From an uncultured Candidatus Saccharibacteria bacterium (GTDB lineage: Bacteria > Patescibacteriota > Minisyncoccia > Phycocordibacterales > JAKAEA01): a stretch of DNA of 64,000 nt. This document shows, in pieces, positions 49,057 through 59,185 of the stretch (its first letter is position 1; every line of letters begins with the position of its first letter). The DNA lies in assembly GCA_964532205.1 (NCBI GenBank), contig CAZHGQ010000004.1, forward strand, positions 3,118-67,117, written 5' to 3'. The notes under the pieces are model-generated. The model was not told the DNA's origin. It saw nothing but the letters and a program-made list of their open reading frames with translations, and did no database searches. Both the position numbers and the translations under genes were made by a program.

Positions 49057-49374
49057 ATGGCCCGCACTCGAAAGCCAACCAGTTCGTCCGAGCCACTCAT
49101 TTCGCAGACGCCACCAGCGGAAGCTACAAACAAGCCAGTGCATACCATTCGCTATGGCGCGGTCAAAGCTACTGTGTGGCAGAACGACAGCGAGAATGGA
49201 ATTTTTCATACCGTGACTGTAAGTCGAAGCTGGCGAGACGATAAAGACCAATGGCACGACTCGCAGTCGTTCCATTTCAAAGAGCTGCCACAGTTGTCAA
49301 AAGCTGTCAACGACGCCCACTCTTGGATCGCGTGGCAAGAGCGGAGAATGGCAGACGCGGCGAAAACGAAGTAA
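49057..49374 (+). CDS. Conserved mobile-element protein (possible nucleic-acid-binding)
   Basis: KPVHTIRYGAVKATVWQN...VTVSRSWRD...W..SQSF; AAAGGAG SD. Confidence 0.7.
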   Translation: MARTRKPTSSSEPLISQTPPAEATNKPVHTIRYGAVKATVWQNDSENGIFHTVTVSRSWRDDKDQWHDSQSFHFKELPQLSKAVNDAHSWIAWQERRMADAAKTK

Positions 49375-49524
49375 GGCTGCTTGCAGCACACCTCCATTAG
49401 CCAGGCATCACCCTGGCTTTTGTTTAAATGAAAAACCGCTGGCTGATTGAGAGGGGGAAACTCAACCGGGGACGCCAGCGGCAACAGCAATCTATCCATT
49501 CACCTGCGTTGACACAACAAAAAG

Positions 49525-49797
49525 CTAGAAATCTTCGGGCAAGAGAACGGTGGTCACCGAGCGGTCCGCTTCGGTGATGATCCAGAGCTTCACCCCGCAG
49601 CGATCCGTGTAGACCGACAGCAATCGCATCCCTTCCTTCAGCGCGAGATCATTCTCCCTTCGGTCTGATTCGCAGACCTCTCCCCAATCTCCTCTCACAT
49701 GACGAGCTAGGCAACTTGGGATGTCTTCTGGATGCAACTTGTCCTTCGCACTGGCAGTGATAACGCACTGCCCCACTGGAAACAATGATAGCGGCAT
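49525..49797 (-). CDS. Conserved plasmid-related small protein
   Basis: RHVRGDWG...N..AL..G.RLLSVY...WIITEADRSVTTVLLPED; AGGAG SD. Confidence 0.8.
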   Translation of the reverse strand: MPLSLFPVGQCVITASAKDKLHPEDIPSCLARHVRGDWGEVCESDRRENDLALKEGMRLLSVYTDRCGVKLWIITEADRSVTTVLLPEDF

Positions 49798-50258
49798 GAT
49801 GGACTCCTGAGTTTGGATGGATGTAGAAACGATCTTCCTTGAGCGTATGACAGGAATTGATCGCGCGCAACCGTTGGCTGTGGGTAAGAAGACCGCCTTG
49901 ACCGGGCTCAAACACAATCAAAATCAAAAAAACTTTGAATTGCTAAGTTGCCGTCACCACAATCCGCGCGGAATTGAAAGGCGAAATCTGGGCTCATTTC
50001 GCCGTTGTCTCCGCTCCATATCGTGCTATGTTGCTTCCGGCTTTTTCCGTTGCCGGTTCCTGCACAATCGACTCTCCTGAGATCGACAATACGTAGCTCT
50101 TCTTGTCCTAGTTACGATGGAACTGGCGAGGTCATTTGTTCGCGATGCGACAGTAGTGCAAAGACCCAAACCTCAACTGGTGAAGCGGTTTCCTGCAAGT
50201 GCTGTCGTGGATATGGCAGGATCGTGTGCCCGATGCATTCACTGCCAAAACAGGCTCT

Positions 50259-50501
50259 TCAAAGTGACCGCTCGAATGATGCAAGCATGACAGAGGGTTC
50301 CTTGCCGCAGGCTTTGCACCAGGAAATAAACTCAACCGGATCGATGCGACGATCCCCAACCTCGACCTTGTGAACATAGGAGGGAGGCTTGCGGAGCTTT
50401 TCCGCAAGCGCACGCTGGGATTGGCCGCTTTGATTCCGCAGCGCCCGCAGCGTGCGACAAAGTTTTCGGTACGCAGGAGTGTGTTGTGCCCTTGCACCCA
50501 T
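50259..50501 (-). CDS. XRE-family HTH regulator
   Basis: SQRALAEKL..PPSYVHKVEVGDRRID. Confidence 0.85.
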   Translation of the reverse strand: MGARAQHTPAYRKLCRTLRALRNQSGQSQRALAEKLRKPPSYVHKVEVGDRRIDPVEFISWCKACGKEPSVMLASFERSL

Positions 50502-50563
50502 TACAGGAGCAAGGTAACGTGAACGTCTGATGCTCCCATTTTGGGAGTAACTGGAGGTGTGGT

Positions 50564-50755
50564 ATGTCCAGCCGTAGTTGTCCCCGCTGTCATGAAAAAG
50601 GAACTGTCACCTGCAGCCGCTGCAAGGGATCTGGGCAAGTGTACAAGGGCTTCTTCCGGGATGGCGAAAGTCGCCAGGAATGCCCGAAGTGCGATGGCAA
50701 GGGAGAAGTCCAGTGCCCTCGCTGTGAGGGTTCGGGCACGGTGGAGAAGGGCTGA
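50564..50755 (+). CDS. Stand-alone DnaJ-type zinc-finger protein
   Basis: Four CxxCxGxG-like repeats; GGAGG SD. Confidence 0.75.
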   Translation: MSSRSCPRCHEKGTVTCSRCKGSGQVYKGFFRDGESRQECPKCDGKGEVQCPRCEGSGTVEKG

Positions 50756-50878
50756 TAGACCGACTCTGTGCTGATGATGCCGCTTAACACAGGGATAGTC
50801 GTCCGGTCGAGAATAGTCCAAGCCGACGAGCAAATACTGGGTCGGCTTGGACTTCATCCTTCCAAGAACAAGAACGGT

Positions 50879-51568
50879 CTAGTCTGCAAATGCTACGGGT
50901 TCTAAGCCTTTGCCAGATTCGGAATTGTCCACATCATAACCCACACGCAAACAACCCTTCTTCCATTTGCAACTGCGGATGGTCACCTCTCCCAAATCTG
51001 CTAAGGTCCCGATATGCGTGCCGCCGCACGGGAGCGGCGGGAAGTTTTGAATTGTGACGATGCGAGGCGGCGGTACTCCGTCTGTCATCGAGACTTGGCC
51101 TCCCGCCTCGATAGCGTCGCGAAGCTCAGCAGCCAATGTCGACTCAAAGCCTGAGGGTGGCGCTATTTCACACTGAAATTCGACACGAGCTTCACCGGGC
51201 CAGTGATGTCCACCCTTCGCTCGCAAGGAAGGCAACAATCGTTCGGCGACTCCGGCAATCAAGTGGCCAGCGGTGTGATAGCGTGAGTTCACTGCGCGAC
51301 GATCTGCATCAATCCGAACCTCTACCTCTTCTCCGACTCGTAGACCGTCGACGCTGTCAACAGTATGCGCAATATTGTCGTCATCAGCATAGTCCGCACG
51401 CAAAATCTTCGCTGGCCCAATCCAGCCAAGATCACTAGGTTGCCCGCCACCTTGTGGAGCGACAATCGTCTGATCAAGAAAGACCACCGGCGATGGCTCA
51501 GCGATAATCCGGACCACGCGGGCGCGGCAAATAGCTGCTGAACTTGTGAAATAGGTTTTATTAGTCAT
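50879..51568 (-). CDS. AlaX-like aminoacyl-tRNA trans-editing protein
   Basis: PQGGGQPSD, HTAGH, PCGGTH zinc motifs. Confidence 0.9.
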   Translation of the reverse strand: MTNKTYFTSSAAICRARVVRIIAEPSPVVFLDQTIVAPQGGGQPSDLGWIGPAKILRADYADDDNIAHTVDSVDGLRVGEEVEVRIDADRRAVNSRYHTAGHLIAGVAERLLPSLRAKGGHHWPGEARVEFQCEIAPPSGFESTLAAELRDAIEAGGQVSMTDGVPPPRIVTIQNFPPLPCGGTHIGTLADLGEVTIRSCKWKKGCLRVGYDVDNSESGKGLEPVAFAD

Positions 51569-51634
51569 TGTGGGTTCCTTATCTTGATAATCAATTCCTG
51601 TATATACGAGCTGACGAATTTTGAGAGATCATTC

Positions 51635-52498
51635 TTATGAGTGATGAAATAGCGGCAGATCTTGGGAAACAAAATCAACGAAACCGCTAATTGATAATCG
51701 CTCCCCTGCTCCAGCACAGGCGGTCACAGCATGGATACGCCTTGCTGATGCGATCACAAGTGCGCCTATTGGAGGATCAAACTCGACATCCGGCGGACCG
51801 ATTCTCGAACGATCAAGCCCGTAGGTCTTGTTCCCCTTATCATCGTAGAACCGAAGAGTGTCGTACTCCGAGCGATTCGTGATGACACGATTCCAGAATT
51901 GGAGTCTTCCACCACTCTCTGTTTTCTTCACATAAACATTGACGAAGAGCTGTTCCTGAATGGAACGGGTTTCGTCACATGGGAAGTCAAGGTCGGCACG
52001 GTCATCGTGGGGATATGCTTCTCCACCGTCCCGAAACACTCGGCACACGCCGGTAAAACATGGCTTTCCGGAGATTCGAAGTTCACGCACACCATGCGGC
52101 CAGGCGTAGCCGACCTCGCGCAGCACCCTATGAATTGGAAATTCATAGGGTGCAAAATGCCGACACAACGCTTTGGACATCTGGTGAACTGAGTCAAAAT
52201 ACTTCGGGCATAATTCTTGCCCAAGACATCCGAAAAGCGAGTTGCCAATCGTGCCGATGCGCTCGGCACCCGTACCCGGCTCATAGGTGGTCCAATGTGC
52301 AAAGGTGAGCAAGCGATCAGCGACGACTTGGCAAGCCGCTTCTGAGAAGAAGCCGGGAATGACCACAGCAAAGTCATCCCGTCGAATCAGCCGACGAAGG
52401 TCTTCCTCTCGGATTTCATCAATCACGCGAACGCCTGGCGGCAGCGTGTCTGCGAAATCGTCGAGAGAATCTTGCCTCGCAGACAATAAATGAGACAT
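51635..52498 (-). CDS. 2OG-Fe(II) oxygenase (amino-acid-hydroxylase-like)
   Basis: HxD (PHDD), distal IHAV, RxS (RLS); start MSHLL after AAGGAGG. Confidence 0.8.
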   Translation of the reverse strand: MSHLLSARQDSLDDFADTLPPGVRVIDEIREEDLRRLIRRDDFAVVIPGFFSEAACQVVADRLLTFAHWTTYEPGTGAERIGTIGNSLFGCLGQELCPKYFDSVHQMSKALCRHFAPYEFPIHRVLREVGYAWPHGVRELRISGKPCFTGVCRVFRDGGEAYPHDDRADLDFPCDETRSIQEQLFVNVYVKKTESGGRLQFWNRVITNRSEYDTLRFYDDKGNKTYGLDRSRIGPPDVEFDPPIGALVIASARRIHAVTACAGAGERLSISGFVDFVSQDLPLFHHS

Positions 52499-52502
52499 GT
52501 AA

Positions 52503-52570
52503 GCCTCCTTTCGAAAGGAGGCCCAGCGGGCAGCGGTAGGCATTCGGCCAATTGCAAAACACTTGCAATT
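52503..52570. promoter_or_regulatory. SD-covering palindrome (52503-52522) and candidate MarR operator (52550-52570)
   Basis: GCCTCCTTTCGAAAGGAGGC; AATTGCAA-N5-TTGCAATT. Confidence 0.55.
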
Positions 52571-52825
52571 ACAATGAATATGGCTCATAATGCACACATT
52601 GGACAGAGGTTAGGACTGACTCGCGAAAGTTTAGGTCCCGATCCCTGAATTGCCCGTCTGGGCCCAATGCCACTAGAGTAATCTGGTGGCTTTTTTTATC
52701 TTAACGCGCATCACAAATCTCGTCCAGAAAAATATCGTTATAGAGAATACTTCATACTTGACGACTAATTGCAGTCGATGGACCTTTCGTTGATTTTAGA
52801 TGCGGCTTTGGCCGATGATTAAAGT

Positions 52826-53320
52826 ATGACCGAAGATCTTGGAAAGAGCCTCTATCGACTGACGGTCAATCTCCGATTGGTTCGTCCACCGAAACCGGAC
52901 AAAGAGAAGCTCTCGGAGCGGGAGATCATGGCGCTTTTCCTCATTAGGTTCTTGGGCACCTGTCCTGTCGAACAACTACGCAGAAGACTCGATGTCCCGA
53001 TGAACACTGCAAGCACCTACATCCGACGATTAGCGGACAAGGAGTTTATTGGGCGATCTTTCGATTCCAAAGACGCCCGAATTCATCTGCTGCAGTTAAC
53101 GAAGCGAGGCGAATCGTTCCTAGAAAAACTTGAGGAAATGCGCGGGCACCGCATGGATACCTACATCGGAGAGCTCGCATTGACGGGCGCTGAAGAGACT
53201 TCCCTTCGTCGAGTGTTGAAGAAGGCAAATGATCTGATTGAGAATCAACTGCGAACCCGCATCAGACGCACGGCTTCTGAAGAGTCGAACGTCCCTCCAG
53301 CCACACTTGACGAAGAGTAG
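52826..53320 (+). CDS. MarR-family regulator
   Basis: wHTH with RSFDSKDARIHLLQLTKRG; divergent from the oxygenase. Confidence 0.88.
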   Translation: MTEDLGKSLYRLTVNLRLVRPPKPDKEKLSEREIMALFLIRFLGTCPVEQLRRRLDVPMNTASTYIRRLADKEFIGRSFDSKDARIHLLQLTKRGESFLEKLEEMRGHRMDTYIGELALTGAEETSLRRVLKKANDLIENQLRTRIRRTASEESNVPPATLDEE

Positions 53321-53397
53321 CCCGCCGGAGGAGAGCGATCGACATGCTGACGATTGAAGGTTGCTTGGAACGATTTGAATTGCGCCGGCAGCATTCA

Positions 53398-54690
53398 CTA
53401 TTGAATCCAGCGTCGCAGCTTTTCCTCGACGCAGTTCCTTCGGCTGCCGTACCGCTGGTGGGAACGCTGAACAAGCAGTCTGCTGCGTCCGCACGGCAGT
53501 TTGAGCGCGGCAAGCGTTCTCCCGCGAAATGGCTCTTGCTGCTCGCCATCGCGCATCAGTTTCGCGAGCACTCGAAAGTTCCCCAAGGACGAGAACTCTA
53601 CCGGGGCAAATGATCCGCCAAACTCACGGGAAATAGTTTGCGCATCACTCTCTCCCACTCGGAAACTCAGCATCGAGCCGACGTTACCAAACACGGCTTT
53701 GCGGATAAACTCCGGCACCTGATCCAGGTACTGATGACTCAAGGTCAAGCTGAGTCGGTACTTTCGAGCTTCGGAAAGAATCGATGAAAAACTCGTCGTT
53801 GAAAAGTTCTGAAATTCATCTATCGCCAGAAAAAAGTCCTGCCGCTTTTCTTCTGACACATTCACCCGACTCATCGCTGCGATCTCAAAGCTGGTCACGA
53901 GGATTGAACCAAGGAGATTCGCTTTATCTTCACCCAGCGCGCCTTTGCTGAGGTTCGCGATAAAGATGCGCTTGTGATCCATCATAAAACGAGGATCAAT
54001 CTTTCGTTTCACCTGTCCCAGGACGTGTCGCAGGGGTGGGGCCATGAGTAATTGACCAACCTTGTTTTGAATTGGCGCGATCGCTTCCTTCTGAAACCGC
54101 TTGTCATACCCCTCAAATTCCCGCGTCCAAAATGATCGGACGATGGGATCATTCACCTGCTTCACGACCCAACGGCGATAGTGTGGATCAACCAGCATTC
54201 GCTGGATGCCCAGGATTGATACATTCTCGCATTCGAGTAAAGCGGAGATCGCGGCAGACAAAATGTACTCAGTTCGTGGTCCCCAGGAATCCGACCAGAT
54301 CGCCTTCATGCTGCCAATCAATCCAGAAACGACACGGTGCCGCTGATTGACAGGCACAGACTGAAGCAAATTGAATCCAATTGGATATGAAAGATCGGCA
54401 GGATTGAAATAGACGACATCTTCGGTGCGGTTACGTGGAATATGATCCAGTACATCGCGAGCGAGATCGCCGTGAGGATCAACTAACCCGACGCCGCGGC
54501 CATAATAGATGTCCTGCAGAATCAGGTTTCGCAGCAGTGTGCTCTTGCCCGTGCCCGTTTTTCCCACAATGTACGTATGTTGGCGGCGATCTTCGGGAAG
54601 CACACCAAAAGGCAGCGTCCCATTCCAGACATCTCGATTGCCGATCCAGTTGATCGATTCATCATGAATGTCATTGTGCTCCTCGCTCAT
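53398..54690 (-). CDS. VirD4/TraD-like ATPase, short form
   Basis: DRRQHTYIVGKTGTGKS, DPHGDL, IDEFQNF, SEARKY, SHQY. Confidence 0.88.
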   Translation of the reverse strand: MSEEHNDIHDESINWIGNRDVWNGTLPFGVLPEDRRQHTYIVGKTGTGKSTLLRNLILQDIYYGRGVGLVDPHGDLARDVLDHIPRNRTEDVVYFNPADLSYPIGFNLLQSVPVNQRHRVVSGLIGSMKAIWSDSWGPRTEYILSAAISALLECENVSILGIQRMLVDPHYRRWVVKQVNDPIVRSFWTREFEGYDKRFQKEAIAPIQNKVGQLLMAPPLRHVLGQVKRKIDPRFMMDHKRIFIANLSKGALGEDKANLLGSILVTSFEIAAMSRVNVSEEKRQDFFLAIDEFQNFSTTSFSSILSEARKYRLSLTLSHQYLDQVPEFIRKAVFGNVGSMLSFRVGESDAQTISREFGGSFAPVEFSSLGNFRVLAKLMRDGEQQEPFRGRTLAALKLPCGRSRLLVQRSHQRYGSRRNCVEEKLRRWIQ

Positions 54691-54909
54691 ATGCCCGAAT
54701 CAGCCGCCGTTCCTTCGGAAAGACCCTTGGAGTAATCCGGCGCCATTGGGAAACCCACACGCAACGACATCCGTTGTGGTTGACGAGCCGCTAAGGTAGC
54801 GGAGGCTGAAACGGAAACACCAACAGCCTGCCCGCTTGTGTAGTCGTCTGTTGAGCTCCTTCTCAAAAGTATATCTCAACGAACGAAACATTAACTGTGG
54901 AGAAGCTCT

Positions 54910-57378
54910 TCACTTTGACGCAGCTTTGCCACCCCCATCTGCAACAATTAGGGGATTGAGAGGGTTGTTCTTCATCGCATCCACTCGCATCTTCCATTTT
55001 TCCCACTCAACCCCCGACATTCGCACCTGACCAGCCGTTCGGAGACTTTCCAACTCGGCGAGATATGAGTTAACCGCCTTTACAAAGATTTCTCCGTCAG
55101 CACCGACGGGCGCAACCTCGCGCTCCAGCCTTCTCAGGAGCTTTTGGATTGCTGAGATTGAGACGTTGTCCTTATTCAGCCGATTGAAGTCGTTTATAAC
55201 ACGCTTAACTGTCTGAGTAGATGAGTACTTAAGCGTCACGGCGCGACTTCTCTCCAAAGCTTCGCGAATAAAATCACAAATTGCGATGACGTTCGCCCTA
55301 AGGGCTTCGTAAGCCTCTATCTCCTGATCGTCAAATCGCCCAGCTGAGAGATGAGATACAACCTCTTGAAGAACCCCCATCTTGTCGTACTCCCCGCCAA
55401 ATTCCGGCTTCACACCGCGGAACAGTGCTTTCGTCGATTCTACAAGGCCACCAGTTCCATATTCTGGAGACGCGACATGGTTTCGGCAGGTAGCCGCGTT
55501 TTTCTCCCAAGTCTCAGGCAACCATTTTTCAATGTAGTGCAACACCGCTTGCGCATACACGCACTTCGGGATGATGTCCTCTGTGGTGACGATCTGAACG
55601 TTGTCAGAAAAAGAAGTGACCAGAGTTCCAATTTGTCCGACAAACTGCACATCGATCAACTTCCGTTTCTTCTTCGGGTTATTGCCAGTGATGGTAGATG
55701 CAACATCGTTCGCAGGCGGATCAGAGTCTATAACAACAGCTGTCGGCGGTATCGGCTCGTCGGCCCATCGTGATTGCTCCAAGACATTCTCTACGTTTCC
55801 AACGCCATCGGCAGAAACGAACACCACGCTGTTAAGATCCAAAAACTGCCCGACGTTCTCCGGCGTGGCAAACACTCGGATCAGTTCAGTCAAAATGTAC
55901 TGGTCTGTGGCTCCCTCTAGTAAGATGTTGTCAGCACCAAGAAATAAACTGGGAGCACTATCGATACCCAGCGCGGTTCTTACAGGTTCATACCGTCTAG
56001 CCCGTGCCTGCTCGATGTATTGTGTACCTTCTTCCGATTCCTCTTTCTTGACAACCCGGATTCGCCGTGGAAAGTTTCTGTTGATTAGGTATGGCGAATG
56101 GGTCGTATAGATGAGTTGGCAGGTTTGATGCGACGATTCTGGGCTTACAAGTGATTCAAATACTGCCAGAAGGTTTCGTTGCCCCAGAATCGAAAGTGCT
56201 GAATCCGGTTCGTCCATTAAGATAATTGAGTTCCGGTTTTTGTGCGAGAGCTCCATTGCTTTTGCTTGAATGTAATAGCTAAGAAAGTAGCGGAGCCCGG
56301 AACTTCGTTCGCGAAAGGTGTAGATAGAGTCAGTCTTATCTCTGATTTCGAAATAGACCACCCCATCCTTGCAATTCATGGACAGTGAAAACTGCTCATC
56401 CTGCTTCCAAAAATGCGAAAGATTGAGCTTGTCATTCAACTCATCGTTCCACTTCGCAATCTGTCCTTCCACATACCCGCGATCGTTTTGATCGCGTTCA
56501 TAGATGTAGCGTAGTGTCTCTGGAGTTATTTCAAGAATCTCTCGGAACAATTGCATCTCAAGCCCATCCGGAGAGACGTGCTGTCCGGGGATGGCATCAA
56601 TCGACTTCTTGGCGTTTGAAAGTGAGGTGAGAAACTCTTGACCAACTGCGTTTTGTGGCGGAGGTGGCGTGAGCCGCCGAATAACGCCAGCAGCTTCCTC
56701 CATCTTTTTCCTATCCAGCAATCCGACACTTTCAAAGGCTTTGTCGCCGCTAGCAACAAGAAGAGACGCCAGCGGAATTTCGCTGGCAAGCTGGGCCTGC
56801 GAGTGGATATATCTGACTGTAGGAAGGAGCGCTCGCACCCTACTAAGTTGCGATTCATCCAAGAGGACTGCTTGCTCGGATGGTTCGATGTAAATCCTCG
56901 CGGGCTTCTTCGGCTCTTCGTCGGGTGCCAATATCAAAACGAAATGTTTAGACTCTGGACTTCCACTCGGAGAAACAGCCCCGCCGATCGCACTACTTAG
57001 CGCCGTTGACTCTTCCGCATTCTCAATCTCAAAACGCAAGCCGATGTTCGGCCAAGCTTCAACATTTCGGGTCCGGATTCCCGCAAAATGGCAGAGATCG
57101 GTCCGCTTGAACACGTCTCCAGATTCGATTCCCTTCCCTGTTGCGACCTTACTTATCGCATTGAGTAGGTGCGACTTGCCGCTCTCGTTGGCTCCTACGA
57201 TTGTTGTGATGTCGCTTTCTACCGGAATTTCGATGAATGGGAAGATATCTTGTGCAGCAAAAGATGGCGACATTTTGTTCCACGGTCGGTACTCACGCGT
57301 CTCACCCTTTTCGAATGTCCCGCGGTAATTGAGATGAAATGACTTGTACCAACGCAACAGCACTGCTCGAAGTTTCAT
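54910..57378 (-). CDS. OLD-family-like ABC ATPase + TOPRIM nuclease
   Basis: GANESGKS, RSSG, ILMDEPD, TTHSP; TOPRIM LEGATD and IDSD. Confidence 0.85.
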   Translation of the reverse strand: MKLRAVLLRWYKSFHLNYRGTFEKGETREYRPWNKMSPSFAAQDIFPFIEIPVESDITTIVGANESGKSHLLNAISKVATGKGIESGDVFKRTDLCHFAGIRTRNVEAWPNIGLRFEIENAEESTALSSAIGGAVSPSGSPESKHFVLILAPDEEPKKPARIYIEPSEQAVLLDESQLSRVRALLPTVRYIHSQAQLASEIPLASLLVASGDKAFESVGLLDRKKMEEAAGVIRRLTPPPPQNAVGQEFLTSLSNAKKSIDAIPGQHVSPDGLEMQLFREILEITPETLRYIYERDQNDRGYVEGQIAKWNDELNDKLNLSHFWKQDEQFSLSMNCKDGVVYFEIRDKTDSIYTFRERSSGLRYFLSYYIQAKAMELSHKNRNSIILMDEPDSALSILGQRNLLAVFESLVSPESSHQTCQLIYTTHSPYLINRNFPRRIRVVKKEESEEGTQYIEQARARRYEPVRTALGIDSAPSLFLGADNILLEGATDQYILTELIRVFATPENVGQFLDLNSVVFVSADGVGNVENVLEQSRWADEPIPPTAVVIDSDPPANDVASTITGNNPKKKRKLIDVQFVGQIGTLVTSFSDNVQIVTTEDIIPKCVYAQAVLHYIEKWLPETWEKNAATCRNHVASPEYGTGGLVESTKALFRGVKPEFGGEYDKMGVLQEVVSHLSAGRFDDQEIEAYEALRANVIAICDFIREALERSRAVTLKYSSTQTVKRVINDFNRLNKDNVSISAIQKLLRRLEREVAPVGADGEIFVKAVNSYLAELESLRTAGQVRMSGVEWEKWKMRVDAMKNNPLNPLIVADGGGKAASK

Positions 57379-57636
57379 AACTGTCCTTCAATGAAAAATA
57401 TCGTCGATCGAATTCAATTGCGAGGAGGCGTAGCCCAACGAATATGTTAGCATTGCGTGCAGACGTACACAATTCATCTGCGATCATAGGTTCGTCATGA
57501 GTAATCCCCACCTCCCAATTGACAACCGCAGCCACGTCATGCTTCGCTAGAAACAGTCTCGTTCTTTCCCATTTAGCGCACGCTTCAACCTGCGTCCCAT
57601 GTCGGGTCGCTCTTGCTGCGCGCAGAAAGGGTGGCC

Positions 57637-58029
57637 ATGCCACGCAAACAAAAGGTACGACGCTTTGATCCAGGGTTTCATTGTGTTTCGCAGCTAAGTT
57701 TGGAAGAAGAAGCGCGGTTTCTACACCGCGAGGTCGAGAATAGTTTAATCGCCTCTCCCGCCGAACTCGACAAGCTGCGGATTGAGCGACACACCCATTG
57801 CGAACAATCCTGGCAACACCTTTGTTGTCTTCTCGCTCACGTAGCGGAGAAGGATCGCCGAGTATTGCAGGCACTTCTCTTCCGCGACCTATGGTTTGTG
57901 GTCGAATTGTATCGCACCTACCTCAAAGCCAACGCAGAGGACGCGCCACCCATCCGTCAGCACGCGAAGCCTTCAACGGCCCTTGAATTCAGCGATTTTC
58001 TCTTTGACCTTCAACCCCGAAAGGAGTGA
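57637..58029 (+). CDS. Hypothetical protein
   Basis: GAAAGG SD before ATG; GTGA overlap with the primase gene. Confidence 0.55.
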   Translation: MPRKQKVRRFDPGFHCVSQLSLEEEARFLHREVENSLIASPAELDKLRIERHTHCEQSWQHLCCLLAHVAEKDRRVLQALLFRDLWFVVELYRTYLKANAEDAPPIRQHAKPSTALEFSDFLFDLQPRKE

Positions 58030-59138
58030 CCATGAGTTGGATAGACTTTCGTAAATTGCGTGAGTCCGTGTCATTTAAGCAAGTGCTCGCCCACTACAAG
58101 ATCGAGCTACGAATCACAGGTGACAAAGCCACCGGGTATTGTCCTTTGCCCACACACAAGGGCGAGCGGCGGTCGCCGTCATTTTCTGTAGAGCTTTCGA
58201 AGCGAATATTTCAATGCTTTGGCTGCGGAGCTAAAGGCAACCTGATCGACTTCGTCTGCTACATGGAGGGTAAGAACCCTCGGAACGGTGCTGACGTGCA
58301 TCAGATCGCGATGCTTATCCACCAGACGTTTTTGGAAACCCCAGCTACTCCCCCAGTGAAAGCACCACCGCCTACCAAACCGTCTGTGCCCAAGCCGGTG
58401 TCAACTGCAACAAAGGCGTTGCCCGATCCCACCATCCCTGTTGTGATCAACGCTCCGCTCGATTTCGAGCTAAAGGAGCTTGATCCCGATCATCCGTATC
58501 TGCTTGGCCGCGGCTTCACCGCAGAGACTATCAACCATTTCGGCTTAGGTTTCTGCAACCGTGGCACCTTCAAGGGGCGCGTCGTGATCCCGCTCCATGA
58601 TCTGAAAGGACGTTTCCTTGGGTATTGCGGGAGAATCACCAGCGACAAGCTGATCTCTCCCACGTGTCCAAAGTACAAGTTCCCGCCGCCGCGAGAGCAT
58701 GAAAGAGCGATTCATGAACTTCGCAAATCGCACTTCTTGTATAATGGACATCGCATCAAATCACCGGTGCAGGACTTGATTGTCGTCGAGGGATTTCCAT
58801 CCGTGTGGTGGTTGTGGCAACATGGGCACACCAACACAGTATCGGTGATGGGTGCAGCCTGCTCTAGCGAGCAAGCGCAACTCATCATCAAACACGTCGC
58901 AGCTGATGGGCATGTCTGGGTATTTACCGACGATGACGAAGCGGGCTTACGCTGCGGCGAAAGCCTGCTGAGTCTCATCGCGCCTGAACGGTTCGTCAGA
59001 TGGTTACAACCCATCCATGGCACGCAGCCAACAGATTGCAACGCAGAACACCTCGCCGAACTTCTGCCGCTTGGAACATCGACAGATGCACCCAAAGCGA
59101 GTTCTCGCACGAGAAAACCACTTCCACGCACTGCGTGA
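58026..59138 (+). CDS. CHC2 zinc finger + TOPRIM DNA primase-like protein
   Basis: CPLPTH...CFGC; VVEG; DDDEAG. Confidence 0.88.
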   Translation: MTMSWIDFRKLRESVSFKQVLAHYKIELRITGDKATGYCPLPTHKGERRSPSFSVELSKRIFQCFGCGAKGNLIDFVCYMEGKNPRNGADVHQIAMLIHQTFLETPATPPVKAPPPTKPSVPKPVSTATKALPDPTIPVVINAPLDFELKELDPDHPYLLGRGFTAETINHFGLGFCNRGTFKGRVVIPLHDLKGRFLGYCGRITSDKLISPTCPKYKFPPPREHERAIHELRKSHFLYNGHRIKSPVQDLIVVEGFPSVWWLWQHGHTNTVSVMGAACSSEQAQLIIKHVAADGHVWVFTDDDEAGLRCGESLLSLIAPERFVRWLQPIHGTQPTDCNAEHLAELLPLGTSTDAPKASSRTRKPLPRTA

Positions 59139-59185
59139 GTCATCAATACAGAACGACCAGCACTGGTCGTTCTTTTCATCTGAGG

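Noticed and set aside
52601-52697. ZTP (pfl) riboswitch-like words GACTGAC...CCGTCTGGGC before a terminator-like hairpin
   Set aside because: The P3 loop is too short, pseudoknot pairing is incomplete and the gene context does not fit; a cmsearch against Rfam would settle it
57302-57874. 190-aa minus-strand ORF as partner of the OLD nuclease
   Set aside because: Overlaps both neighbours, has no recognisable motif, and the plus-strand ORF has the better SD and coupling
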